Shown here: positions 1 through 41,732 of the stretch, in pieces | Numbering within the stretch: the first letter of the stretch is position 1 | Layout: each line of letters starts with the position of its first letter | Assembly (NCBI RefSeq): GCF_009914755.1 | Contig: NC_060933.1 | DNA: 64,000 nt | Strand: one strand, 5' to 3' | DNA from: the human T2T-CHM13v2.0 reference genome, Homo sapiens | Notes under the pieces: generated by a model | The model's input: the letters and a program-made list of their open reading frames with translations, nothing else | Database searches by the model: none | Told to the model about the DNA's origin: nothing | Translations under genes and position numbers: made by a program

Positions 1-149
1 CACAGCAGTGACACCCGGGAAAACAGTTGTGACACGCTGTGACAAAGGAAAGCCGCAAAGCCACACGCGTGGACCTGATCCAAGTTACGTGATAGCGCAA
101 GGGGGTGCATGGAGGACTGAGTGGGTGGTGATGCTGCCCCAGAGGCTGT

Positions 150-390
150 CCCTGGGAACTGTGCGTGGGGACTTATTTGGGGAAAGGGTCTTTGTGGATG
201 TAATTAAGGACCTCAACATAAGACCATCCTAGATTAGGGGTGGCCTGCAGCCCCTAGAGCTGACCTGGATGAGCATGGACCCTCCTCTGTGACCCCCAGA
301 TTCTGAGCTCTGGTCCCCCGAGCTGTGAGGAAACACATGTTGTTTTAGGCCACCCAGTGCAAGGTCATTGGTACAGCAGCCCCGCGAGAC
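150..390 (+). mobile_element. MaLR LTR remnant (MLT1-like)
   Basis: Characteristic 'cttatttgg..agggtctttgtggatgtaattaagg' and 'gttgttttaggccacccag..acagcagccc' segments. Confidence 0.7.
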
Positions 391-1472
391 TCCTTCGAGG
401 CCCACAGCTCAGCACAGCCACGTTTACCGAGTGCCCTCCGTATGCCAGCCACGGTTCTAACTGCTCAGCCTCCCGCAACCCTCGGAGGTGGAGATGGGCG
501 GGGAACGCGGAATGCGCCTGGGCCTCACAGCTGGGGAGTGGATCTGGGATGTGTACCCCTGCACTGTGCGGCTTCTCTCCCCCAGAGGGTTTCAGACTTA
601 CACCCGGCCATCGCACTCCGCAGACTGGAAACTCGCAACTCAAACCCCTAAAAGCGAAAGCTGGGGTGCATTTTCTGTTTGCCTTGGAGGGACTCCCTAG
701 GATTTACTGGGGACGGCCGATTTGCCCTCCTCATCCTGTTTGGTTTGAGCTGATGTTAAAAGACTCGCCTCCCACCGCAGACCCGGGGGGAGACCTGGGG
801 AGCTGCCCTCGGAAGCTGAGCAGCACAGACTCTCCCAGGCATGTGCACCTGTCTGTACATGTGTGCATGTGTGTGTGTGTGCGTGTGTGTGTTTCCCTGG
901 CACTCACAGCATCACCATCTGCCAGGCTGGGTGGGGCGCAGATGAGGAAGACCAAGGAAGTTCCACACGACCTGCCTCGCCATGATGAGTGAGCGTGAGC
1001 TGCCTCCTGTGTGCCCTGCCTGCCCAGAGATCCCGGGGACATCACCTGGCTGACAAAGTCTGCAGCTGCCAGCAGTCGGCCAGGAATGCCGCATGGCCAG
1101 GTGTCTCATACTGGCGTGGGTGTCGTGCGGCCTCACGCGGCCCTTGAGCTATTTCCAGGTGTGGGTATCATCTCCCAGCGAGGTGCTCAGCCCTGGGGTG
1201 GGACAGACCGTTTCCTTCTGGCTCCCTGCAGAGCTTGTGGGCCCCTCCACCCACCCTGCAGTCCCCAAACTCCAGGGACTTGGAGGTCCCCAAGGAAAGG
1301 ACATGGCAGTGGGAGATGATGTCATGAGGGGACTTGGGCAATGGGGAGGAACACATGGCCAAGCTGGGAGGAAGAATAAGTTCATTCTCAGAGCAACGAG
1401 ATTATGTGAACATGGTAAACCCAAGTGTTCTTTTTAAGTGAGATTACTGGGAAACAAAGCTGAAACTGTTCC

Positions 1473-1475
<3 letters not shown>

Positions 1476-1538
<63 letters not shown>
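1476..1538. repeat. (TG)n microsatellite, about 31 units
   Basis: Perfect dinucleotide run; a shorter imperfect run is at about 858-892. Confidence 0.98.
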
Positions 1539-1541
<3 letters not shown>

Positions 1542-2810
1542 GGTGTCCTTCACTGTCTCCCTCCCCACTCCCGGCCTGCTTCTTCCTTCCCCAGCTTGGA
1601 ATCCACGGTTGAGGCTGGTCAGGAACCATCAGGACCCAGCATGGGTAATGGCAGCTGCTGGTGCCCTAGCCCCCACTGGGTCCTACAGTAGCTGCTTGTT
1701 GGGGAAGGGGCCTGAAAAGGTGGGAGCAGAAGGAAGCCAGGGTCTTGGGGCCGTGGGCTGCCACAGCCACCACAGAAACACTCCAACTTCTCCCAGCCCT
1801 AGCAAACCAGTGGAGGTGTGTGCTGGTGCTTTGTTCCTGGGGTGGCTTGGGGCCGCCTGGCTGCCTCTCCCGAGCCTGGCCCTCACCCAGGAGGCCACAC
1901 CAGCCTCGAGTGCCCACCTCCGTCCAGAGCCCCAGCTCCCCACTCCTGGGGGCTGAGCCAAGAACCCTGTGGCTGTCCCACCGTCGCCTCCCAGAGGCTT
2001 GTCCGGCGCAACAGGACAAGGAAGGACTAAGGCTTAGAGTCGGCCCGATCAGGTGACGCCTGAGCTGTCACCGCTGTCACCACTTACACACAGGGTGTGT
2101 GGACAAAGTGGTGCGTGCCAGGGAGGGCTAAGTGACCGAGGGCAGGCACGTGGCAGGCTCCTGAAGGTGGAGGTGGCGCTGACAATGGCCACCAGTGAGC
2201 AGGGCCCTGTGTGTGCTGGGGCTGACTCCAACCCCTTGGCGCTGCCACGCAGGGGCTTGGGAGGGCCCCTCCCCAGGCACATGGGAGGTGGCCCCTCCCT
2301 GACCACGGAGCCATCGTGTCTGCAGAGGCCCACCCTGCGCCCTGTGCTGCTGCCTGGGGCCAGAAGAATAAGTCGATGTGAAATGGCTTTTTCTTTCCTC
2401 ACCCCCCTTTGGGAGTCAGGCCCGTTAGGAATGGAAGGGGCTGTGCTCCTGGTCCCCTGGGGGAGTGAGCTTCCCGGACTCTTGGGGGGATCTGGTAAGG
2501 TGGATGGTGGGAGGCTCGAGGGTGTCCAGAGCCTGATGGGAGGGGGTGGCAGTGGAGGGTCATCCCTCCAGGGTCTCCCTTCTGGATGTGGACACCACAT
2601 GTCAGGCCTGTCACCTGGCCTTGTCACACTCCATCTCTGGGTCCCCTTCATAGGTTTTCTCGACAGGAGAATCAGGTCCCTGGATAGGAGGAGACGCCCC
2701 TCTGTGCAGTGTGGTGGGGATGTACCCCCAATCCAGCCAGGACCCACTGCAGGGGCCCAGCAGGGGCAGGCACGAGTGTGAGAGCAACATGACCCCAGCA
2801 GCTCTCGCTG

Positions 2811-2972
2811 TGTGCCAGGCACATGGACACGCACCACACAAACCCCACCGTGTGCCAGGCACACGGACAAGCACCGCACAAACCCCACTGTGAGCCACTA
2901 GGCACATGGACAAGCACTGCACAAACCCCACTGTGTGCCAGGCACATGGACAAGCACCGCAGAAACCCCACG
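2811..2972. repeat. About 40-bp tandem repeat, about 4 copies
   Basis: Unit tgtgccaggcacatggacaagcaccgcacaaaccccactg with variants. Confidence 0.9.
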
Positions 2973-2999
2973 CCTCAGTGACCCTCCACACCTTGCGGG

Positions 3000-3100
3000 A
3001 CGGGCAGCCCTCAGGTGACAGAACCGAGGCTCAGAGAGGGAAAGCAACTTGTGCCAGGTCACACAGCCTCATAGCCCAGCTCGGCCTAACAAAGCCAGAG
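3000..3100. mobile_element. MIR fragment
   Basis: 'gaaccgaggctcagagagggaaagcaacttg..ggtcacacagc' MIR core. Confidence 0.6.
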
Positions 3101-4999
3101 CCCTCGGGGGTGCAGGTTTCCCCACAAGTTCTGATATAATGTTGGGGCTCTCCCGGCCCAGGGACACAAGCTCCCAGCTCTCTGCATCAAGGAAGGAGAC
3201 CAGGAGAAGCTCCCCCAGCAATGACAGCTACGAGGCTGCAAATCTCTCCCTCCCTCCACCATTTGTGCAATGTCTTTTGTCCCCACTTCTCTTCACCAGC
3301 CTCCCACCACTAACCCAGGGGACCCACAAGGGGCTCACAGTGTTGGTGTGGACCCTCTGTGGGCCTCCTGATGGCAGCAGCGCCTGGGGAAAGAGGGCTG
3401 AGCTGAGGCCTGGCACAGGCAGGGCCCCCAGCAGCCCCTGCCCTTACAATGGGATGCTGGCTCAGGTGCCCGAAGCCCAAAGGAGGTGGCCCGGAAGGTT
3501 GGAGCTTCAATCGAAGGCCTGTTCTCTGCCCGCAGCCAGGCCCAGGGCTGTGGCAAAGGAGGGTGGTGCCCCAGCCAACACCACTGTCCCTGCCGGCCAG
3601 CAGCCACGGCCCCGGCTGGAAGGGAGCAAGGCTCTGCCTGGCTTCTGTGGTCTTTGGGGGAGGGCACGTGGGCCCAGCAGGCAGCTTGCGCTGCGCTCAG
3701 GGCACAGATGGTTCTCATTCCCGTTGCCTCCCTTACACAGGAAAAACAAACCAGCCCGGGGCCAACAGACCCCTTTTTAACCTCGTGTTTATTTTCCTTC
3801 CCATGCTTGAAAACGCTGACTGTCCTGTGGGCGGCAGCTGCTGAGGGTCTTGCCAGGACGGCACTTTCCTGACCTCAGGGCAGCTCTCCCAGGGAGGGGC
3901 TGGGGTGCACGGAGGGGCCCCGAAGGAATGCAGCCCATTTCCTGCTCCTGGACTTCTCCGAGTCATACCCGGGGTCGCAGCTGCCTTTCAAGGGCCTGGA
4001 GTCTCCTGACACCACCGGAAGGCCCAGGATGCTGTCGGGGGCAGGACAGAACCCGGGGAGGCCGGCTGTGGGCCTCGCTGGCTGCGGAGAACCCCCCAAG
4101 CCATCGGGAGCTGAGGGTGGGTGGAGGGGAAGCCACGTCACACCACATAGGCCCACAGGGCTCCAAGAATTCAGAGGAGGAGGAGGAGGCGGTAGGGGCT
4201 GGGGTCCCGGGACCCCGGGTGGGCACAGCCTACTGTGCCACCTGCATCCTCCCTAAGCCTGCACAGTGCCCAGGAGGAAGGAAGGGGCAGGCTGCATCCC
4301 CATTCCGGGGGAGCTTGGGAGGGGAATGTGGCCACCCAGGGTCTCAGAGGTGGGGGGCTTACCAACCGTCCCACAGGCCAAGCAGAGCCTGTATTTGTCA
4401 TCGGTGCCCCAGGTTTCTCTAAAGCAGGCAGACAGCATCCCCACGGCCTGCGCCCCATGGCCCAAGGCAGAAGTTTGGAGAAGGGGGCAAAGCCACGTTG
4501 GGGCTGCACAGAAGAGGAGGGTAGGACCCCCGAGGCGTAGGGCGCCCACCAAGAAAGGCAAGGAGGCCTCAGCAGCCCCTCCCCACGTGGGTGAGGCTGC
4601 GGGGCTCACCAGGCGGCCTGTGGATGAAAGGAGCCCAGAGGCCAGTGTGGCTGCACTGTGACCCAGGGACCCCCGCGGGCCCTCAGAAGTCCCCAGGGGA
4701 CCAGCAGCAAGGCCAGGCCCAGGCCCTCTCCCCTGCATTCCCTGGGGTGGGGTGGGCTGGGGCCCACACCCCCTCCCCCCTCCCCCCTCCCCGGGGACTG
4801 CCCGCCTCACGGCGCCCCTCCCCCCGCGTCCGCCCCGCCCCCCGCAGAGGGAGGCACGCGGCGGTGGCCGCCCGGTCCGCGCCCCCTCCCCGCGCGGGCG
4901 GCGGTGACATCACGGCCACGGCGGCGGGAGGGGCGGCGGCGCCCCGCGCACATCACTTCCTCGGCGCCTCCCCGGGGGAGGACGGGCGAACGAGGCGCG

Positions 5000-5055
5000 G
5001 ACGGACAGGCGGACAGCAGGGCGGACAGCAGGGAGGACAGCAGGGCGGGCAGGGG
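5000..5055. repeat. 12-bp tandem repeat in the GPSM1 5' UTR
   Basis: ggcggacagcag, about 4 copies. Confidence 0.75.
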
Positions 5056-5111
5056 GCGGACGGCCACGGCGCGGGGGGCGCTCCCGGCTCCCGCTCCCGC
5101 GTCCCCGACCC

Positions 5112-35555
<30,444 letters not shown>

Positions 35556-36834
35556 GGCCCTGTGCCCACCGCCAGGCCCACCCTGCCCCCACTCCTGGAC
35601 GCCGGTCTCACAGTCACAGCCACGTCCTCCCGAGGCCATTGCCGAGGACAGGCACTGGGCATGCAGCCCCACGGCCTCCCCGACCCAGGGCGACAGGCTC
35701 AGGCCAAGCTGCCCGTGGTGGGAGGGCGTGCTTCCATCCCGGGCTGGCCCCCATGGCCCTCGGCTTCCTCCCTTCTGCCCCTGCCGCAGGCCGGACGGGG
35801 CCTTCGGCATGTCGGCCCCGACCTGGTGCTGTCAGACTCCCGCATCCTCTCCCCCAAGCCCTTCCCGTTCTGCCCTGCCCTGCCAAATGTGAAACCCTGC
35901 TGTCTCCCCCACCCTCCCCAAAGGTGTCTCTGAGCCGCCTCTTGGGGCCATCAAGGACAGGGCCATGTTCTGTCCCCCCAGAGCTGGTCTTGGGATGGCC
36001 GTGTGACAGGCATGCTCCACCCCTCCAGCTTCGTCCTGGGGCAGGGCTCCCTCCAAGCCTGTCTCCCCACTCCCCGGCCAGAGGTCAGCAACCACAGAAG
36101 GCCCCCCAGACCACGCATGGCAGACCAGGCTGCAGTGGCAGCCCTGAGGTGCCCCCCGCCGAGTCCCAGGGCCCTGCAGGGGCCTCGACAGGAGCCGGGC
36201 CTATCTCTAAAGCAGAGGGAATGGCTGGGCATGAACTTCGACATTCCAAAACCCCAAGCCAGGAAAAAGGGCAGGGCCTGGTCCTAGGGATGCTTACTGG
36301 CAGCAAGAGCAGTGCCCAGTCAGGGTGGGAGGTAGCACCAGGCTCTGTGACCCTCACCCAAGTGGGGGGGTGGTCAGTGGAAGCTGGGGAGGCTTCACTC
36401 AGCTCAACCCTGCAGACCCCCCATATGAGAACCCCCCTCCTCCCACCAGCTGGGGGAGATGACATCACTGCTCTCTCCATGGGGAGGGGGCTCACAGGGC
36501 ACCAAGTTCGGGATCCTAGGACTGGCAGGACCTGCTGGAGCCTGAGATGGGCCCCAGGGGCCTGAGGTTGCCTCCTCCTGTCCAGACCCAGCCTTGGCAC
36601 CTCCCAAGACTGCCAAGGGCCCTACCATGGCCCCACAGCCCCCAGGGCTGGCAGTTCCATCTAGGAGGGTGCCTCTAGGCCCCACTCTCAGGCTAGGATG
36701 GAGAGGCAGATCTGGGCCTGGCGAGGTGACCTGCTTCTGGAGGGGCAGGGCCGCACCCGAGAGCAGGGACAGGTGCCCGAACACAGGGTCTCCAGGACGT
36801 AGCGCCCCCCCGCATACTTGAATGTATGTGCGTA

Positions 36835-36840
36835 TTTATT
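36835..36840 (-). terminator. DNLZ: Minus-strand poly(A) signal, candidate distal DNLZ 3' end
   Basis: TTTATT on + = AATAAA on -, inside the GPSM1 3' UTR. Confidence 0.55.
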
Positions 36841-36916
36841 GCTCACGTCTGTGCCATGTTGTCAATGGGTCCTTTCCAACCCAAGAGGTACATTTGTTTT
36901 TCTGTTTTTCCTGAAA

Positions 36917-36922
36917 AATAAA
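36917..36922 (+). terminator. GPSM1: GPSM1 polyadenylation signal
   Basis: AATAAA about 1.36 kb after the stop, U-rich upstream, GT-rich downstream (gtgagtgtggt). Confidence 0.85.
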
Positions 36923-39252
36923 GTCGGCCAAGTGAGTGTGGTCCGTATGGGCTTAGTCCCGGGTGGGGGCCTAACCCGGTAAGAGGCTGCACTGTGCAAA
37001 GTGTCCACAGATACCCACTGTCTGGGCCCTCTGAGACCTCAGAGAGATGGAGTTCCCACTGCATTTAACCACGGGGGAGCTGGGGCACAGAGGGGTGAAG
37101 TGGCTGCCTGCTGTCACCACTGATTCCTGCACCCCTACCTCCTCACGCTCCCAGCCCCTAGGGAAACAGAGCATGCTCTGAGCTGACACTCACGTGGCCA
37201 GGACCAGCCCCCAGAAGCAGCAGCCCCCAGGTCAGCCCCACGACCCCCTGAGGACCCAGCCTGCTGCCGCCCACCCAGCACCCGGGGGAGGGAGGTCCTT
37301 TCCTGGAGTCTGATCCGGCTGGGCTCAGGGTCTGGACACTGAGCCACAGTGGAGGAGCCGACGGCAGATCTGCAGTCTTGGGGCTTGTCTGGGCGCTGCT
37401 TGTGGTGGGTGGCACCCCCACGGGGCCCCCGTCAGGGGACACACAGGTGCGCCGGGCAGTCCTGCTGCCCCTCGCCACAGCCCACCTGGCCATGTTGGCA
37501 GCCACAGCCTCTGTGCTGGTTGACTCCGTTGCCTCCTCCACCCCAGAAGGGGCCTTGGGAACCAGAATCAACGTGTACTCCAGGTCCAGGGTCCCAGCCA
37601 GCTTGCGTGTGGTGGTACACGCACACAGGGTCCAAGTAACCGTGCAGGGCCCAGGACCGCGCACAGCCAGGGAAGCGCAGCAGTGCCACCCACGCTACTG
37701 GCTGGGACAGCCTCTGAAGGTGCGGCCGAGGAACCTGCTTGGAGAGACGCTGTGACGAGGGATGCCCAGGCCAGCAACCATGCCCGGGAGGCAGGGATGT
37801 CCTGGGGCGGGGGGGTGTAGAGTGGCAGGAGATTAGGATGGCAAAGCCCCTTGCAGAAACCTGGCTGTGGGATTGGGGCTGCGGGGAGGGAAGGGCGGAG
37901 GGAGACAGGGTCCAGGGGGCCTCAGGCAGGAGCTGGCGGGATGCTTCTGGCACGCGGGGGGTAGCCATAGGTCTTCTCTAGGAACGTGCCAGCCTTGGGA
38001 AGGATTTCCCTCCAGGGCCAGCCTGGGCCCAGAGGTGCTGGCATCAGACAGAAAAGACATGGTAACGTCCACATCCCAACTACCAGCCGCCATCTCCCCA
38101 TCCGTAAGAGGAGGGGTTGGCCCAAGCGGCTCTCCTTGCTCTAATTCTGCACTTCCAGGTCCAGACGGCTCCCTGGACCTCCCCACATGCTGGTCCAGGC
38201 CCTCTGGAGGCAGTGAGGCAGCCAAGCCAAGCCCAGCCCCACTGCACTTCCAAGCCCCCAAGAGACCCCCAGCCAGTGCCTCCATGGAGGAGCAGGCCTG
38301 GGTGCCGGTGGCTCAGCCGAGAAGAGGACAGTTTCCACAAATGGCACAGAAGGCTCTGGGTGGGAATAATAGAGGGTTGTTGGCTGAAAGAAGGACAGGG
38401 GGTAATCGAGGCAAAGCCCACGCCACAAGCACACTGGGAACGATGCCGCCGCGCCCCGGCCTCCCACGGGCCGGATGTGAGCTGGCAGTCCCGGCCGTGT
38501 CCCGCTGGGAGGGGCCGCACTGGGTCCCTGTCGTGCTCAGTCCTGCCTCCACCTCCCACCTCGCCCCATTCTCTTCCCTGCCGGAGTGTGGCGGGTGATG
38601 AATGCTGAAGGTTACGCTGCCCAGAACGCTTCTGCAAATAAACAGGCTGCTGTGTTTGCTCGCTTTCATAAACACGGGAACATCCTGCGCACAGACAAGG
38701 CTGGGAGACAAACCCCACACACCTCGGAGGGCCCTGGGGACGTCCAGAGCGCTGTCCACCGAGGGAAGGAGGCCCAGGTGGCTCCCCCGGGAGGGGTCTG
38801 GAGCTCCTAACACACGGCCACGCCATAGCTGCTCGTCCTGCCTGGGCCAGCAGGCAGCCTGGTTTGCTCACTGTTTCGCCGACGGCCGGCGGCCGAGGAC
38901 CAGGGCTCAGGTCTGCACTGGCTCACGGAAGGGAGGCCGCCAGAGCTGGCCAGGGGGGCGGCAAGGGCCTTGCAGAGGAAGGCTGAGGCTCACAGGGGTG
39001 GTGACCTGCTCAAAGTCACGCAGCGACAGCCAGGAAGGGCTCTGACGCCACATCCAGCCCCCTTTCCACGCGACTGTGGCCTCTGTGGGCAAGAGCTGGG
39101 TGACTCTGTGTAGAAGGAACTGTGGTGAGGCGAGAGGTCCTGCGGCTCCTATGTCCCACCCAGCAGCACCAGGGATTCAGAGCAATCGTTCTAACTCCAG
39201 AAAAAGAAAGGCCACGAGGGCCACAGGCCCCAGCATCTGGAAGTAATGTCTG

Positions 39253-39258
39253 TTTATT
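39253..39258 (-). terminator. DNLZ: Proximal DNLZ poly(A) signal
   Basis: AATAAA on -, about 90 nt after the DNLZ stop. Confidence 0.75.
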
Positions 39259-39346
39259 GATAGAAAACAGGCCACGTCCAGAGAGGCCCAGGGCCAAAAC
39301 CTCCTTCTGGAAGGCCGAAGTCCCACAGTGCCGGGGAGCGCAGGAG

Positions 39347-39515
39347 TCAGGTCGGCTCCGTCTTGCCAGGGCTGGGGGGACCCTCATCCTCACCCGCTTC
39401 CGGAGCTGCAGTGGATGTGGGGGTCCCTGCAGCCTCCAGAACCAGTTCCAGGGCCCCCTCGCCCGCCACACGGTGCACCTGCTCGCCTCTGGCCGTCAGG
39501 ATCTCTTCGATATTT
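39347..39515 (-). CDS. DNLZ: DNLZ exon 3 coding part
   Basis: [16 protein letters not shown]...GKTEPT*. Confidence 0.96.
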
Positions 39516-41045
39516 CTGGGGGGCAGGGAGGCAACATGGCTCTTCAGGGCCCCCCAGCCGCCCTGCACTTCAGTCCCCTCAGGGCGCCCCATGGCCAGGC
39601 CAGAGCTGCAAGCACCAGGCCCAGCACTCCTGTGGCATCAGGCCACACGGGCACTTCAGACGCTGGCCTGTGTGCCCTCACCAGCCCTGTGTCTCTGCCG
39701 GTATGCGCCGCCTCAGGAACCCAGTCTCCTGCTCCTGCCCCCTATGTGCCAGAGGGAAGAATCTGCAGCCCCGGGTCTGATGGGAGGACAGTCCCAGCTC
39801 CAAGGGCCAGGTACCACCAAGCACCTGGCATGCTGGTCTCAGACCTGCTGTCGCTGTTACTGTCCTGCCCAGGACCTCCCGGCCAGGCAAGGCCCGGACA
39901 AGGCTCCCGGCACCACCTCCACTGCTCTCCCAGCAGCCAGGGCCCAGGCCACACCTCCTGGTCCACACCCCAAGCCTTGCTGTGGGCCAGCCACCCCAAG
40001 ATGGCAGAGGGCAAAAAAGTTCCACGCTACAGAGGGACAAGGCTGCCAGTGATGGCAGAGGGCAGGCAGAGGCAGGGAGGCAGGGCCACAGGGCTGGCAA
40101 AATTTAACAAAAACGCACCCCCTACTTGGGGCATACTTAAACTCAAAAGCTATCTGGGCTTTATAGGAAATTCTCATTTAACTGTGTGTCTTGTATTGAT
40201 AAGGTGGCTGGATTTCCCAGGTGAGATCTATAAACCTCAACACTAGGGCAAGGTTCCCCCAGGGAGGCCAGGGTACTTCTGGGTGGCCTCCTGGCCCAGC
40301 GCTGGGGTACAGGCCTCACCTCTTCCCATTCAGGTCCGAGAACCAGCCCAGGTTGTCAGCGATGATATGGTGGTTCTGGCAGCCGGGGCAGGTCACAATG
40401 ACCACGCCTTGGTGATAGGCCAGCTTGGAGATGCGCTTGGAGGACCTAGTCCCGCAGACCTGGCTGGGACAGGGTAGCTGGTGAGGCTGTGAGGGCCGCC
40501 ACGCCCCTCCCGGGAAGACCCGCCCCTCTAGGGGTAGCTCCAGCCACCTCACCCTCTCCAGAGAAGGCCCCGCCCCCGAGGGATAGCTCCACCCACCCCC
40601 AACCTCGCCCTCTCCCGGGAAGGCCCCGCCCCAGGGACGGCTCCACCCCTCCTCATGGTCCGCCTCCGCTCCCTCCCAGAAGCCCCAAGGGGTGGCTCCA
40701 CTCCTTCCTGTGACTTGACCACGCCGCCTCCCGGATCCCCGGCGGGCCGCTTCTCCCCGCAGGCCGTGTAGCGTCAGATACGGGTCTGTCCCCGGTTCCG
40801 TCCCGCCGCGCGCCTACCTTGCAGGTGTAGACGAGCTGGTAGTGCGCCGCCTCCACGCGCCCCAGAGCCGCCGCGGGCCCCGGCCCCTGCTCGGAGCTTG
40901 AGCGCCGCCAGCCCCAGGCCCAGGCCCGCCGCCTCCCCGCGACCTCTGGACGGGCCCCGCGGCCCCACAGCCGCCTCAGGCAGGGCGCCCGGGGCTGCAC
41001 GCGACTCAGCAACCTCGGCGCGCCGCGCAGCGCAGTCCGCAGCAT
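39347..41045 (-). CDS. DNLZ: DNL-type zinc finger protein (HEP1/Zim17 homologue, mtHsp70 escort), 3 exons, 537 nt = 178 aa
   Basis: Arg-rich mitochondrial-presequence-like N terminus [13 protein letters not shown]; CKVC...CPGC zinc ligands; [10 protein letters not shown] motif. Confidence 0.97.
40320..40459 (-). CDS. DNLZ: DNLZ exon 2
   Basis: [46 protein letters not shown]. Confidence 0.97.
40818..41045 (-). CDS. DNLZ: DNLZ exon 1 coding part
   Basis: MLRTALRG...HYQLVYTCK; donor AAG|GTAGGC. Confidence 0.95.
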
Positions 41046-41304
41046 CCCGCTCGCCGGCTCCGTCCGCCCTGCCCCGGCCCCGCCCCGCCGCCATCTTGGA
41101 AGTGGGCGCCGGGCGGAAGCGGCGTTCTTGGGCTTCCGTCTTCCGGGTCGGGGGCGCGCTGCGCTATGCCGCCCCCTGGCGGCCTGAGGGGGCCCTGCGT
41201 CCACGTGCAGCTCGCACCCCGAGGACACCGCGGGCCGCAGCGAGGAGGGACGGCCGCGGGGCTGCGCGCGAGTGTCCGAGCGGGAATGCGGGTCACCCGT
41301 GCTG

Positions 41305-41310
41305 TTTATT
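41305..41310 (-). terminator. CARD9: CARD9 poly(A) signal
   Basis: AATAAA on -, about 320 nt after the stop, preceded by an AT-rich UTR segment. Confidence 0.85.
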
Positions 41311-41632
41311 TACGCAGCTGTGTTTTCTAACACTAATACAATGCATGCATGTATTGTGTGTTACATGGTGAAACAGAACAGATCCTGAAGTTACACAGAT
41401 GGCGTGTGCATGGGGGTGGTGAGCACCCGCATGGCCTCCGCAAAATGAGTGCCGCTTAACAAACGGCCCCAATGCCCGGCAGTCCGGCTGGGCCTTTCAG
41501 GGCACCAGATTCCTCGTTCCAGGCCAAGTCAGCGACGGCTCGGGGAAGTCTGCGCCCCAGGGCGTCGGCACCCCCGGGTGGCAGGAGGCCGGGCCGGTGG
41601 GTGTGCCCTGGTCGGGGCCTGCGCTGCTGCGG

Positions 41633-41732
41633 CTAGGAGCCCTCAGTGTCGGTGTTGTCGCTGCCCGTGGTGTTCTCCCGGTCCTCCTCCCCCTGCCGCC
41701 ATCCTTTCTGCATCTTCCTGAGGGCGCGCTTC
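41633..41732 (-). CDS. CARD9: CARD9 exon 13 coding part
   Basis: [32 protein letters not shown]. Confidence 0.95.

Noticed and set aside
8-4660. Protein-coding gene or divergent lncRNA upstream of GPSM1
   Set aside because: ORFs run through LTR, (TG)n and tandem repeats. A divergent lncRNA from the CpG island is plausible but cannot be delimited from sequence alone.
37158-38871. Overlapping ORFs between the GPSM1 and DNLZ ends
   Set aside because: No recognisable domain or exon structure; better explained as an extended DNLZ 3' UTR or intergenic DNA.
39122-40246. 374-aa ORF antisense to DNLZ
   Set aside because: Non-ATG start, low-complexity Pro/Gly/Ala/Arg composition, no recognisable domain; expected by chance at this GC content.
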